Shown piece after piece: positions 20,578-30,800 of a DNA stretch of 64,000 nucleotides. Position 1 is the first letter of the stretch. Each line of letters begins with the position of its first letter. A program made the translations under genes and the position numbers. The notes beneath the pieces were generated by a model. It was not told the DNA's origin and ran no database searches. It saw only the letters and a list, made by a program, of their open reading frames with translations. Location: IMG/VR virus record IMGVR_UViG_3300002520_000085, positions 1 through 64,000 of that record; one strand, written 5' to 3'. Origin of the DNA: a virus.

Positions 20578-21057
20578 ATGATACTAGAATTTTTAAAAGA
20601 AGATTACGAGGCAATTATCATGAAGCTAGTTGTAATTGGCGTGTTATGGTGCGCTGTACTGCTTTCGATGATGATTGATTTTTATTTTGGGATTCGGAAA
20701 GCCAAACAAATTGGAGAAGTTCGAAGTTTTGAAGGCTATAAAAGAAGTGTGGCAAAGTTTAATCAATATTTTGGAATGCTCCTTTATGCTTTTATTTTTG
20801 ACACCATTGTTCCGATTTCTTATTTTTTTGAATTTCCAATTTCGGCAATTCCTGTAGTTTCTCTTTTAGCAACGGTTGCGCTTGTTTTTACGGAAGCAAA
20901 ATCCGTCCATGAAAAAGCGGATGATAAACAACGTAGAAAGGTAAATGCTTCGTTAATGCAGGTTTTAGAACTTCTTGAAAAAAAAGACGATGTTTTACAT
21001 GAATTACTCGATAATTATAAAAAACAAAAAGAAAATGAAAACATTGAAAATCCTTAG
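20578..21057 (+). CDS. putative holin (3 predicted TM segments)
   Basis: Hydrophobic segments VVIGVLWCAVLLSMMI, FGMLLYAFIF, AIPVVSLLATVALVF with a charged C-terminus; precedes the spanin-like and endolysin genes. Confidence 0.45.
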   Translation: MILEFLKEDYEAIIMKLVVIGVLWCAVLLSMMIDFYFGIRKAKQIGEVRSFEGYKRSVAKFNQYFGMLLYAFIFDTIVPISYFFEFPISAIPVVSLLATVALVFTEAKSVHEKADDKQRRKVNASLMQVLELLEKKDDVLHELLDNYKKQKENENIENP

Positions 21058-21727
21058 TGCCATTTTGCTGATGTCGGCAATATGGTCATGCGGAACTCGC
21101 TCTGTTGACAAAAACAAATACGTCCAAAAATCGGAAGAAAACAAGGAGCAAAATTCAGAAGTAAAAAAAGAATCTGAAAACAAAGAAACTGCGGTTATTT
21201 CCACCGAAAATAATTCAACAAGTGTAATAAATGCACAAGTTAAAATCGCCGAAATTGATAAGCAAAATGAACTTTCAACAAAAACGAAAACTGATTCTGA
21301 ATCTTCGGAAACTAAACTCTTTATTTCTGAATATTATCCAAATGGATTTTTAAAATCTAAAACAGAATATTCAGCAAATCAATCAAAACTTTTGCAGGAA
21401 AATTCCCAACTTAAAAAGGAAAATGAATCTTTTTACTCAACGATTTTAGCAAAAGAGGAAGAAAATAAAATTACTTCTGTTCAAAATTCTTTTTTAGAAA
21501 AAAACAACAAAGCAAAATCCGACAGCATTGGAAAATTAAAGAAGCAAATCGAAAACTTTTCAAAAAATACATCAAATAAAACCGAAAGAAAAGCTTATCC
21601 AGTTTGGGTTTGGATTTTACTAGGAGTTATCATCGGAAAATTTGGATGGGATATTTTAAAGTTGTTTTGGCAAAAAATAAAAGCTTCCCAATGGTGGCTA
21701 CAATTAATTTCAAAAATTAAAAAATGA
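21035..21727 (+). CDS. unimolecular-spanin-like lipoprotein (N-terminal lipobox and C-terminal TM)
   Basis: MKTLKILSAILLMSAIWSCG lipoprotein signal, coiled-coil middle, C-terminal TM VWVWILLGVIIGKFGW. True start taken at ATG 21035, not the track start 20975. Confidence 0.45.
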   Translation: MKTLKILSAILLMSAIWSCGTRSVDKNKYVQKSEENKEQNSEVKKESENKETAVISTENNSTSVINAQVKIAEIDKQNELSTKTKTDSESSETKLFISEYYPNGFLKSKTEYSANQSKLLQENSQLKKENESFYSTILAKEEENKITSVQNSFLEKNNKAKSDSIGKLKKQIENFSKNTSNKTERKAYPVWVWILLGVIIGKFGWDILKLFWQKIKASQWWLQLISKIKK

Positions 21728-22134
21728 GAGATATAGATTACCTCGTTGTGCATTGCACAGCCACACAGCCAGAAACTAAAGTTGAAAGTATTCAAAATTA
21801 CTGGAGAAAAAATTTAGGATGGAAAAGTCCAGGCTATCATTATATGATTAAGGCAGATGGAGAAATAGTTCCACTTCTTTCGATTGAAAAAGTGAGCAAT
21901 GGCGTTGCCGGCTATAATTCTAAGATTATCAACATTAGCTATATTGGAGGAATTGATAAAGCAGGAAAGCCGAAAGATACAAGAACTTCGGAGCAAAAGG
22001 CATCAATTTTGAAGCTTTTAAAAGATTTAAAAAAACGATTTCCTTCTGCTAAAATTCAAGGTCATAGAGATTTTCCGAAAGTAAATAAAGCCTGTCCCAG
22101 CTTTGATGCAAAAATGGAGTATTCAAAAATTTAG
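21724..22134 (+). CDS. N-acetylmuramoyl-L-alanine amidase endolysin (amidase_2/PGRP, T7-lysozyme-like)
   Basis: YLVVHCTAT...SPGYHYMI...GYNSKIINISYIGG...GHRDFPKVNKACPSFD are zinc-amidase motifs. Confidence 0.8.
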   Translation: MRDIDYLVVHCTATQPETKVESIQNYWRKNLGWKSPGYHYMIKADGEIVPLLSIEKVSNGVAGYNSKIINISYIGGIDKAGKPKDTRTSEQKASILKLLKDLKKRFPSAKIQGHRDFPKVNKACPSFDAKMEYSKI

Positions 22135-22189
22135 TTTAACCAAAGATGTCGAATTCGACACCTTTAAAAAAAATGAGATGTTTTTATCT

Positions 22190-22215
22190 GCCCTCACAAG
22201 TTTGAGGGCTTTTTT
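22190..22215 (+). terminator. rho-independent terminator
   Basis: gccctcacaagtttgagggc plus tttttt. Confidence 0.6.
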
Positions 22216-22266
22216 CATGTCCTTTTCTTCACACCTCCGATTTTTCACTTTTACAAAAAATAAAAA

Positions 22267-23034
22267 ATGAAAATTACGGTTGCAAAATCCTGGCAAGAAC
22301 TCACCAATTGGCAATTGGAAGAGATTATCGATCTCTATCTTCACCATTTCGAAAAAGAACCGCAGAAAACGTTTGATAAAATGATTTTCGTACTCTTTCA
22401 AAAAAAGAAAGGTTTTTTTACCCGCCTCAAGCTCTGGAAAATCATACGCTTGGTTCCGATATCGGAGTTGTACGAGTTTGGAGAATTTCTTTTGCAACCG
22501 CCAAAACTTCACGTTTTCCCAGAAGTTGAAAATCTTATAAAACCTGCAGACCGCCTTGGTGATATTTCTTCTAAACATTTTTCGTTTACAGACCAATTTT
22601 TCCAGGAATGGATTTCCACAAAAAACGATGAAGCTTTAAAAAGATTGTGCGCCAATATCTACATAATAAACGAAAATTTCGACGAACAAAAATTGAAAGA
22701 CGTTGCACAAACTACAAGTAAACTAAGCCGAAAAAAACGGCAAGTAATAGGTTTTACGTACATGTCTTGCTACCATCATTTAGCAGCGCAATATCCTACA
22801 GTTTACCCAAAACCGAAAGAAGAAGATCCGGAAGCAAAACCAAAACTAAAACCGCAGAAAAAACACACGCCATTTTCAGAAATTATCATCAATATGGTGA
22901 TGAACGAAGAAAGCCAACCGCTCGGAAACTTCCATCAAACTAACAATACAAGAATTTACGACTTCTTGAACGTGTTATCAAAAATTATAATCAAAAACAA
23001 AAAAGCCGAAGAAAATGCCAACCGAAAAAAATAG
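22267..23034 (+). CDS. hypothetical moron protein (255 aa)
   Basis: ORF downstream of the lysis terminator. Confidence 0.45.
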   Translation: MKITVAKSWQELTNWQLEEIIDLYLHHFEKEPQKTFDKMIFVLFQKKKGFFTRLKLWKIIRLVPISELYEFGEFLLQPPKLHVFPEVENLIKPADRLGDISSKHFSFTDQFFQEWISTKNDEALKRLCANIYIINENFDEQKLKDVAQTTSKLSRKKRQVIGFTYMSCYHHLAAQYPTVYPKPKEEDPEAKPKLKPQKKHTPFSEIIINMVMNEESQPLGNFHQTNNTRIYDFLNVLSKIIIKNKKAEENANRKK

Positions 23035-23518
23035 TTATCTAAAAATGAAAGATTACTTCGAAGATCTCGTAAGTAAATCTACACTCGTGCACTCTTTTGC
23101 AGGATATTTCCGCAGAGAATTGCTTAATAATATGCAATCTCCCGATTGGGATTCGCCATATCTCGCCTTATTCGATTATGAACTTTCACTTTCGGGACCA
23201 GAGCAAAACACGGTTTCTGTTCGCGAAATTGGTTTTGCCGTGATGTTTAATAATATCGATGAAAGCGACCTCGAAGCGCAATACAAAGCCATTGACGATG
23301 CTGAAAAAATTGTTATGAAATTTTTAGCAAGAATAAAACTGGATGCAGCCAATCCAGAGCATTTTTTGCATGGCTCTTTTGTGAAAGAAAATACAAACAT
23401 CACACCGGTAGAACTAGATACACAGTCTTTCGGTGCAGAATGTAGATTGCAGTTTAAAAACTCCCAAACTTTAAAAGCCGACGCAGCAGACTGGACAGAC
23501 GATTTCCTCACCTGCTAA
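23015..23518 (+). CDS. hypothetical moron protein (167 aa)
   Basis: ORF overlapping the previous one by 20 nt. Confidence 0.45.
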   Translation: MPTEKNSYLKMKDYFEDLVSKSTLVHSFAGYFRRELLNNMQSPDWDSPYLALFDYELSLSGPEQNTVSVREIGFAVMFNNIDESDLEAQYKAIDDAEKIVMKFLARIKLDAANPEHFLHGSFVKENTNITPVELDTQSFGAECRLQFKNSQTLKADAADWTDDFLTC

Positions 23519-23546
23519 ATTTTTTCATCATTTTTATTTTTTACTT

Positions 23547-23576
23547 CCCAACCCTGTAAGGTTGGGGTTTTTCTTT
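23547..23576 (+). terminator. rho-independent terminator
   Basis: cccaaccctgtaaggttgggg plus T-run. Confidence 0.6.
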
Positions 23577-23584
23577 TCCCACTT

Positions 23585-23637
23585 CCCACAAAAAAAAACA
23601 TTCTTTTTTTCTATATTAGTAGAAAAATTTTTAACCA
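23585..23637 (+). promoter_or_regulatory. conserved ~53-bp promoter/regulatory block, copy 1 (cccacaaaaa...ttctttttttctatattagtagaaaaatttttaacca)
   Basis: Near-identical copy at 25010-25064. Each lies between a terminator and a start codon; -7-like TAnnTTTG context for Bacteroidetes sigma-A. Confidence 0.5.
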
Positions 23638-23644
23638 GAAAACT

Positions 23645-24733
23645 ATGCAAACTATGGAAACTTTTGATGAAGTTTTAGATTATATTGTTGAACACGTGCA
23701 GACGATACCAAGCCGAAAAAGGTATTGGTTAATTCGTACCAATTCAGGACAATTTTATGATACTTTTAAAGAAAATAATTTTGTAGGATTAGATCATTCT
23801 CAAATTAGCCTAAGAGAACTATCAAAACTTCGAACGCGTTACAGAGATGATCTGTTATTTTTGTCTGCAATAAAAGAACAAATTGCTGATTTTTATACTC
23901 CAGATTTAGAAACCGGTGAAAGAACAAAAAATGATCGCGCTATTTCTCTTATTGCAAATCAGATTTTTAAATTTTATACACAGGTAAAAAAAGGAGATTT
24001 AGTAATAATACCTTCTTACAGCAGCTCGAAAGTCGCTTTCGGAATCGTTGATGAAACTTTTATTGCTGAATTTACTGAGGAAGAGTTAGATAAAATTGAT
24101 ATTGCAGAGCAATTTTTGAATAAAAGAGTCACATGGATAAACGATTTTGATAGGACATCTTTAGATCCAAACATTTATAAAATGTTTACTGCACATCAAG
24201 CAATTACTGAAGTAGGTAAATACGCAGATGTTATTGAAAGAACCCTACAAGACTTTTTCATACTTGAAAATGAAGCCCACTTGATAATTAATGTTCAAAA
24301 ACCAGATGGAATAAATGCTCGCAGTTTATTTGGATTAGGAAATAGTTTCTTAGATATTTTACAGGATGTGATTGACACACTTGAAATACAAGGTGTTTCC
24401 GCCAATGATTTTGAAGTAGAAGTAAATATTAACAGCCCTGGTAAAATTGATTTAAAATCAAGAATTAAAAAAGGAACGGTTTTGGCATTTTTCACTTTAG
24501 CTGTCTTTGGTGGAGGTTACGAAAGCCAAAGCTTTAAACTAAAATCAGATGGCTTACCAGGATTAATTAAAGCAATAACAGACGCTATTAATAATTACAG
24601 AGATGCTGAACAAGATAGAGCTATGCAAAAAGAAATATTCGACCAATATAAAGACAAACTTGATGTGAAACAAGTAGATGATATGATCAAAATAATGAAA
24701 CAAGTAGATGATAATCAGGATAAGCCAAAATAA
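23645..24733 (+). CDS. hypothetical moron protein (362 aa), own promoter and terminator
   Basis: ORF; no recognisable domain. Confidence 0.5.
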   Translation: MQTMETFDEVLDYIVEHVQTIPSRKRYWLIRTNSGQFYDTFKENNFVGLDHSQISLRELSKLRTRYRDDLLFLSAIKEQIADFYTPDLETGERTKNDRAISLIANQIFKFYTQVKKGDLVIIPSYSSSKVAFGIVDETFIAEFTEEELDKIDIAEQFLNKRVTWINDFDRTSLDPNIYKMFTAHQAITEVGKYADVIERTLQDFFILENEAHLIINVQKPDGINARSLFGLGNSFLDILQDVIDTLEIQGVSANDFEVEVNINSPGKIDLKSRIKKGTVLAFFTLAVFGGGYESQSFKLKSDGLPGLIKAITDAINNYRDAEQDRAMQKEIFDQYKDKLDVKQVDDMIKIMKQVDDNQDKPK

Positions 24734-24760
24734 TTTGTACATTTGCAAAAATAAACCACA

Positions 24761-24970
24761 ATGCCCTCAATTTTAAATCTAATCTCAGTGGCTAGTGCAT
24801 TCTTATTTGGAGTTGGTTGTTTGTATTGGATAATGGATGTTACCATTGGCAAGTTGAAATTTTTACATTCGGAAAAAGAATGGCATGGACTGCAAGTAAA
24901 AGATTTTGTTTTTTTAATCTCAGCTGCAATTCTTTTGATTAGTATTTTTGATTTTTATAAACCTTATTAA
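24761..24970 (+). CDS. small membrane protein (69 aa, 2 TM)
   Basis: Hydrophobic SVASAFLFGVGCLYWIM and FLISAAILLISIF. Confidence 0.4.
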   Translation: MPSILNLISVASAFLFGVGCLYWIMDVTIGKLKFLHSEKEWHGLQVKDFVFLISAAILLISIFDFYKPY

Positions 24971-24976
24971 AAATAT

Positions 24977-25004
24977 AACCCCGCCATCGCGGGGTTTTTC
25001 TTTT
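24977..25004 (+). terminator. rho-independent terminator
   Basis: aaccccgccatcgcggggtt plus T-run. Confidence 0.6.
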
Positions 25005-25009
25005 ACGGG

Positions 25010-25064
25010 TGCCCACAAAAACAAAAAAATTCTTTTTTTATATATTAGTAGAAAAATTTTTAAC
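25010..25064 (+). promoter_or_regulatory. conserved promoter/regulatory block, copy 2
   Basis: cccacaaaaacaaaaaaattctttttttatatattagtagaaaaatttttaacca, near-identical to 23585-23637. Confidence 0.5.
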
Positions 25065-26169
25065 CATGAAAAAAATAATGACTTACGACTTAATGGTCGC
25101 AGGAACTCAATTTATTGATCCTTCTTTGAATATGCCTAGATTTATGAACGCTTCCGGTTTACAAACTGGAGATTCTGTAATTCTAAAATTAGAACCTAAT
25201 AATCCAGTTGATAAATTTGCAGTTGCAGTTTTAAATAAAAATTTTCTAATTGGGTATATTCCTAAAAATGAAAACTTAGAAATTGCATATTACTTAGATC
25301 ATCCGGATAAATATGATGTACAAACTTTCGTAAAGAAGAAAGATGATTCTCGAGATATGCTTGTTTTATTGATAGATGTTTTGGCAAAAAATGAAACAGC
25401 AGAAAAAGTTGAAATTTCAATTTTACGAGATTGGATGAATAGCTTAAGAAAACCGCAAAGCCAAAACACAGCAGTTCCTCAGAATGTAGGATCAACAAAA
25501 AAAGGGACTAGCGGTTGCGTAATAGCTTTGTACGTAGTAATTTCTGTACTTATTGGTTTAGTTTTATTGGGATTATTGGTGAATACATGTGCTTCTAATA
25601 TGGAAACAAGCAAAGGTTCAGATTCTATCGCTATAAATGTAGATTCTACCGCTGTAAGTACAAATACGAAAACTATTGAAAAAAAGAAAAAAGATTCAGC
25701 AACCATCGCAAAATTGAAGCCTTTGTTTAGAGTAGAAAAAGATGAGTTTCAAGATATTTCTTGGGTTCATGGGAAAAATGAACCTCCTTACAGAAATTCA
25801 AATGGATTTTATTGCTACTTTGCAGAAGATGATAATGGTAATGTTTCAAATTTTAGATTTGTTGGGCAATATGCTGCCGAAGATTGGATATTTTTTAAAA
25901 AACTTACCTTTAATATTGATGGAAAAAATATAGATTTTTACCCACAAAATTTAAATTCAGACCATGATACTACAATTTGGGAATGGTACGACGATCAGGT
26001 AGACGCCACTACTTTTTTAACACTTTACGCTATTTCTAAAGCTAAAACAGTGAAAGTGAGATTTCACGGACAACAGTATTATGATGATAAAGTAATGTCT
26101 GAAAAAAGCAAAAGCAACATTAAAAATGCTCTAGAATATTATGTTGCAAGAGGTGGTAAAATAGAATAA
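25064..26169 (+). CDS. membrane-anchored HIRAN-domain protein (N-terminal HIRAN, single TM, ~200-aa C-terminal domain)
   Basis: MVAGTQFIDP...GDSVILKLEPNNPVDKFAVAV...IGYIPK matches the HIRAN consensus. TM: CVIALYVVISVLIGLVLLGLLV. Start taken at ATG 25064 (MKKIMTYDL) because the track start 25009 lies inside the promoter block. Confidence 0.55.
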
Positions 26170-26175
26170 AAATAA

Positions 26176-26207
26176 ATCCCGCAAAACTATTGCGGGATAT
26201 ATTTTTT
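26176..26207 (+). terminator. rho-independent terminator
   Basis: atcccgcaaaactattgcgggat plus T-run. Confidence 0.6.
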
Positions 26208-26491
26208 ATCGTAAATTTGTCTCGATAGAAATAACAAGACGAGGAAAGTCTCTAAATTTTCCAATACATTTTAACGATATTATACAAGCTCGGTCTTGGT
26301 GATTAATGGTAAAGCTTTTCCTCGGAATTGTTGTTTGTAGCAAAACACCACGAAAACCAAGACTTTCTTTTTTCGTGGTTTTAAGAGGAAAACTTTTAAA
26401 ACAAAAATAAATGCTACAAACAACACACACAGCCAAAAACCAAAGAACCAGTAAGTTTTTAGGCAACAGAAGAAAAAGACAACTAGGGAAA

Positions 26492-26698
26492 ATGTATGTT
26501 TCTGTACTCCCAGAAAACAAAAACCTAACAGCAAAAAAAAGAATACCCATTTTTTGCAGAATTCTACAAGGTATTTATCACGTAAAATACAAATCTGAAG
26601 AAACCGGAAGATTTGCGCAAGGTTTCGGTGCTACCCTCGAAATCGCCTTCGAAAACATGAACAAACATTTCACCGAAAAATATATTTTGCCATGCTAA
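26492..26698 (+). CDS. hypothetical small protein (start at MYVSVL)
   Basis: ORF; upstream part of the track ORF 26411.. is probably non-coding. Confidence 0.3.
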   Translation: MYVSVLPENKNLTAKKRIPIFCRILQGIYHVKYKSEETGRFAQGFGATLEIAFENMNKHFTEKYILPC

Positions 26699-26961
26699 TT
26701 AATCCAGAATCTTTCGAGTACCAGCTTTCGCACCGCCTTTCACACATGCAGGATCGTGCGCAGAAAACGAAGAAATACATTACAAAAATTCTTCAGATCA
26801 AAAAGCAAATAGAAATTGGCGATCCTATAGATGATGAAGATTTCAAACTTTTAGATACGATGCTCGATGATATAATATTTATCCGGGAACTTTGTGTAGA
26901 AAGTGAAGATTTCGGTAATTTTATTCACTATCATAGTGGCATAGATGCTTACTTAGATTAA
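26692..26961 (+). CDS. hypothetical protein (89 aa)
   Basis: ORF followed by a strong terminator. Confidence 0.4.
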   Translation: MLINPESFEYQLSHRLSHMQDRAQKTKKYITKILQIKKQIEIGDPIDDEDFKLLDTMLDDIIFIRELCVESEDFGNFIHYHSGIDAYLD

Positions 26962-26984
26962 ATTTAACTAACTTTTATATTCCA

Positions 26985-27024
26985 AACCCCGCTGTCCTTT
27001 CCTTTCGACAGCGGGGTTTTTACT
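26985..27024 (+). terminator. rho-independent terminator
   Basis: aaaccccgctgtcctttcctttcgacagcggggttt plus tt. Confidence 0.6.
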
Positions 27025-27043
27025 TTTATCAAAAAAAATTACG

Positions 27044-27355
27044 ATGGTAGATTATAAAGAAGAAATGATCGCTGTTTTTTGCAGATATTACGCTCCTACA
27101 GGAGAAGAGTACAACAAAAAACACATGACTACTACAGAAATAGATTTTCTTTTTCGTGGTATTATTCCCAATCTACCCAATTCTGAACACGATGTGTACG
27201 AGCTAATGAAAGAGCTTGGTTTCTTCCAGGAAAAAGTAATTATCTACGAAGAAAAAATAATTGTAGAAGAGAATTTAAAAAAAGGAATTCAGCAAGAAGT
27301 AGACCTTATCCCTGTAGGACAAGTTTTTAAATGGGTAGTTTTTGAAAAAGATTAA
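27044..27355 (+). CDS. hypothetical phage protein (103 aa), possibly a tail assembly chaperone by position
   Basis: ORF immediately upstream of the TMP module. Confidence 0.35.
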   Translation: MVDYKEEMIAVFCRYYAPTGEEYNKKHMTTTEIDFLFRGIIPNLPNSEHDVYELMKELGFFQEKVIIYEEKIIVEENLKKGIQQEVDLIPVGQVFKWVVFEKD

Positions 27356-27358
27356 ATC

Positions 27359-27829
27359 ATGAATAAAACCTTTGATGATAGATTAATTGGTAAACAGGCC
27401 GCCGCAAAACTAAACACCACTTTGCGTGCGAAAACTTCTGGTTTTGCAGATCACGTAACCCGCCCCGTAAACCAACCTTCTTTAAAAGATTCTAAAGCCG
27501 TCGCAAGACTTAAAAACTACGGATTAGTAAAAAACGGAACAAAAAGCTATTATTTGCGTGCGATTTCTATCGTAATGCCGAAACACGGTTTTATCCGTCA
27601 TTATGGGGTTCACATCAATCGTGCAGCAGGAGAACGTACTCGAGAAAAACCACGCTCTTTTAAATATCATTACCGAAGCCATTCTATGAAACAAGAAGCA
27701 AAACCTTTCTTGGATTCTGCAATTCAATCTTCCGGAGTTGTAGATTTTGTTGCCGAAAAAATTGCCGAAGCAAGAGGTGAAGAAATTGCACAGAATATTT
27801 CGGTTTCTATTCGAAATTTTTCACAATAG
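27359..27829 (+). CDS. hypothetical phage protein (156 aa)
   Basis: ORF. Confidence 0.4.
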   Translation: MNKTFDDRLIGKQAAAKLNTTLRAKTSGFADHVTRPVNQPSLKDSKAVARLKNYGLVKNGTKSYYLRAISIVMPKHGFIRHYGVHINRAAGERTREKPRSFKYHYRSHSMKQEAKPFLDSAIQSSGVVDFVAEKIAEARGEEIAQNISVSIRNFSQ

Positions 27830-27884
27830 TCTTGTCCTTTCAAACACTCCGCCAAAGAATCACATTTGATAAAAATATTATTCT

Positions 27885-30800
27885 ATGGCAGGAAGCAATG
27901 TTCCCGCAAATGTTGTTATTAGAATCAACGACAGGGAAGTTACCAATTCTTTTAGAGGTATAAACGCCGAAGTGCGCCGTTTACAACGTGAGCTTAATGG
28001 GGCAGAAGTAGGCTCTGAAGAATTCACACGCACATTCAACGAACTTCAAGTTGCGAGAAGGCATTTAGAAAGCGTACGAACAGAAATCCAAGGAACGACA
28101 CAAGATTTAAGAGAGAGCTCTACAGAAATAAAAAATTTCAGCGATCTAGGTTCTTTTCTTGGCGACAAATTTTCTAACGGTCTTTCGGGAGCTAATCTTT
28201 CTTTTCGTGGTCTTGGAACTACAATTAAGACTTTTGCGGTAGAATCTTGGGCTGCAATTGGTTCAATCCCAATTATCGGATGGATTGCCGCTTTAGTTGC
28301 AGGGATTGGTTTGGTGGTGAAAGAAGTTTTTGATTTTAATAAGGAATTGAATGAAGCTAATAAATTGGCTTCTGATGTTACAAAATTACAAGGAAGAGAA
28401 CTTGATTCAATTACAAACAGGAGTCAAAATCTTGAAAAATTAGTTGGATTCGACCGCCAAGAAACTTTAGAAGCGGCAAAAGCGGGGGTTATGTCTTTCA
28501 AAATAACCTATACCGAAGCCATGAATGAAATAGAAAATGGCGCAGTAAGAGGAGGGAGAGCGAATAAAGAATTTCTAAATTCATTAACTGAGTACGCCCC
28601 TTTTTTAGGTAAGGCAGGATATTCCTTCAAAGAATTTGTAGCTATTGTAAACACGGGATATGATTTGTCTATATATAAAGATAAACTTCCGGATGCGTTG
28701 AAAGAATTTGATATTTCAATGCGTGAGCAAACTAAATCTACTCGCGATGCATTAGTAAATGCTTTTGGAGCGACCTTCGCAGACGATTTATTAAAAAGAG
28801 TTTCTGATGGAAAACTTTTAATGAAAGATGCTCTCATTGAAATTAAAAAAGAATCAGATAAATATCATCTTTCAGAAAAACAACAGGCGCAGATTACAGC
28901 AGATATTATGCGAGGTGCTGCGGAAGATGCTTCCGGAAGTGCAATGGTTTTAATGGCAGTTACTAAAGCCCTTGTTGATCAAAATAAACCGCTCACGGAA
29001 GCTCAGCAAATTTTAAAAGATCAGATAGATAGTTATAATGAATTAGGTGAAGCAAAAATTGATGCATTAAAATCGGATGCTATTCTTGCATTTCAAAGAG
29101 ATTTAGAACATTTATGGATTAATATTCAAAAAGGGTTTTATAATGTAATAACCATTTTAAGATCAGTAAATACTTATACACAAACAGCTATACTTACAAT
29201 TTCACAATATTTAGCTGTGCTAAATGTGAGAGTTATGGGCGTTTTCAAGGGAATGTTAGCAGATTTGGGAAACGTAGCTTCAGCATTTTTCGAACTTGGG
29301 AAACTAGCTAAATCTGCCTATAACTTAGACTTTGAAAAAGTAGATCAGTCTTTTGATACCATAAAATCAAAACTAAAAAGCAGTTTAAGTAATACGAAGA
29401 AAGCGTTTAGCGAATTTGGAAAGGAATCTGGTATTAGTTTTATGAATAACTATAATAAGATTTTAGCCAATGACAAAGCTAAAGCTGATGCGCAAAGATA
29501 TGTAGATTCATTAAGAGAAAATGCCAGCAAAAAAACAAACAATTTTGATGGAACTGCGGGAAATGATCCTAATAAAGCGAAAAAAGATGCAGAAGCTCGT
29601 GCCAAAAAACTTGCTGCCGAAAACGAAAAACTGCGTAAAGAAATTCAAAAAGATCTTGAATATTCTGAAAATGATCTAGAAAAATCTGAAAAAAGAAAAC
29701 AAGACCTTAAAAACCAATATCGCTCCGAAGAAATTGCTTTAATGAAAGACGGCTTGCAAAAAGAACTTGCTCAAGCCGATTTTGCTCGTGCGCAAGAATT
29801 ACAAAAACTTTCTGCAAATGGAGAAGAAATTCAGGCCAAAATTTTAGAGCTCGAAAAAAAGAAACTCGAAGCAAAATCTCCTGTCGCAAAAGCCAATTAC
29901 GACAAAGCTTTAAAAGAAGAGCTCGAGGCAAGATATCAGAATGATCTTTTAATTGAAAAAACTGAGCAGACGCATCAATTTAGATTAAAAACGATTAAAG
30001 AAAAATGGCAGGCTTCAGATATTGAGAAAATTGTAAAGGCAGGGGCTAAAAAATTAGAATTATCAGCTCAGCAAAAAGAGCAGGAAATTCAAAATATTAC
30101 CTCTCTTGAAGATGCAAAATATCAGCTTCAGAATGCACAATATCTAAAACTTACAGGCGAAGAATTAAGGCAGATTGACACGCTTGAGAAAGCAAAAGCC
30201 GCCTTACGTGAAAATGCTTCTCGTGCGATGCTCGAAGAATCTAGAAAACTAGCCGAAGAAAATCTTGCAATTTTAGAAGAATCTGTAAAATCTATGACGG
30301 ATGGACCAGAGAAAGAAAAGCTAATGGAGTATATCGATACTTTGAAGGCTAGAATTCTGGAATTAAAAGGTTCTATTCAAAAAGGAGGTGAGCAAGATGC
30401 GGGGAAAGCATTAGAAGACCAAAACAAAGCAAAATCAAAAGTAGATATACTTGGCTTTTCTGCCAAAGACTGGGAAGATACATTTAAAAATACAGATGAT
30501 ATTTCCGGTAAATTAGCCGCCATGGGCATGATCTTCCAGGCGTTAGGAAATGCAGCACAAATGTTCGGCGATCTTCAAAGAGCCTTGGGCGAAAGAGAGC
30601 TAAAAAACTTTACCAAAATACAAAAAGCAAAAAAATCACAGCTTGACAAAAATCTCGCTTCCGGCTTAATTTCTCAGGAAGAATACAACAAGCGCACAGA
30701 AGCGATGGATATTGAACTTGCCAATAAGCAAGCTGAAATAGAATACAAGCAAGCGAAAGCAGATAAAATATCTAAATTGTTTTCTGCTATTGGAGCGACA

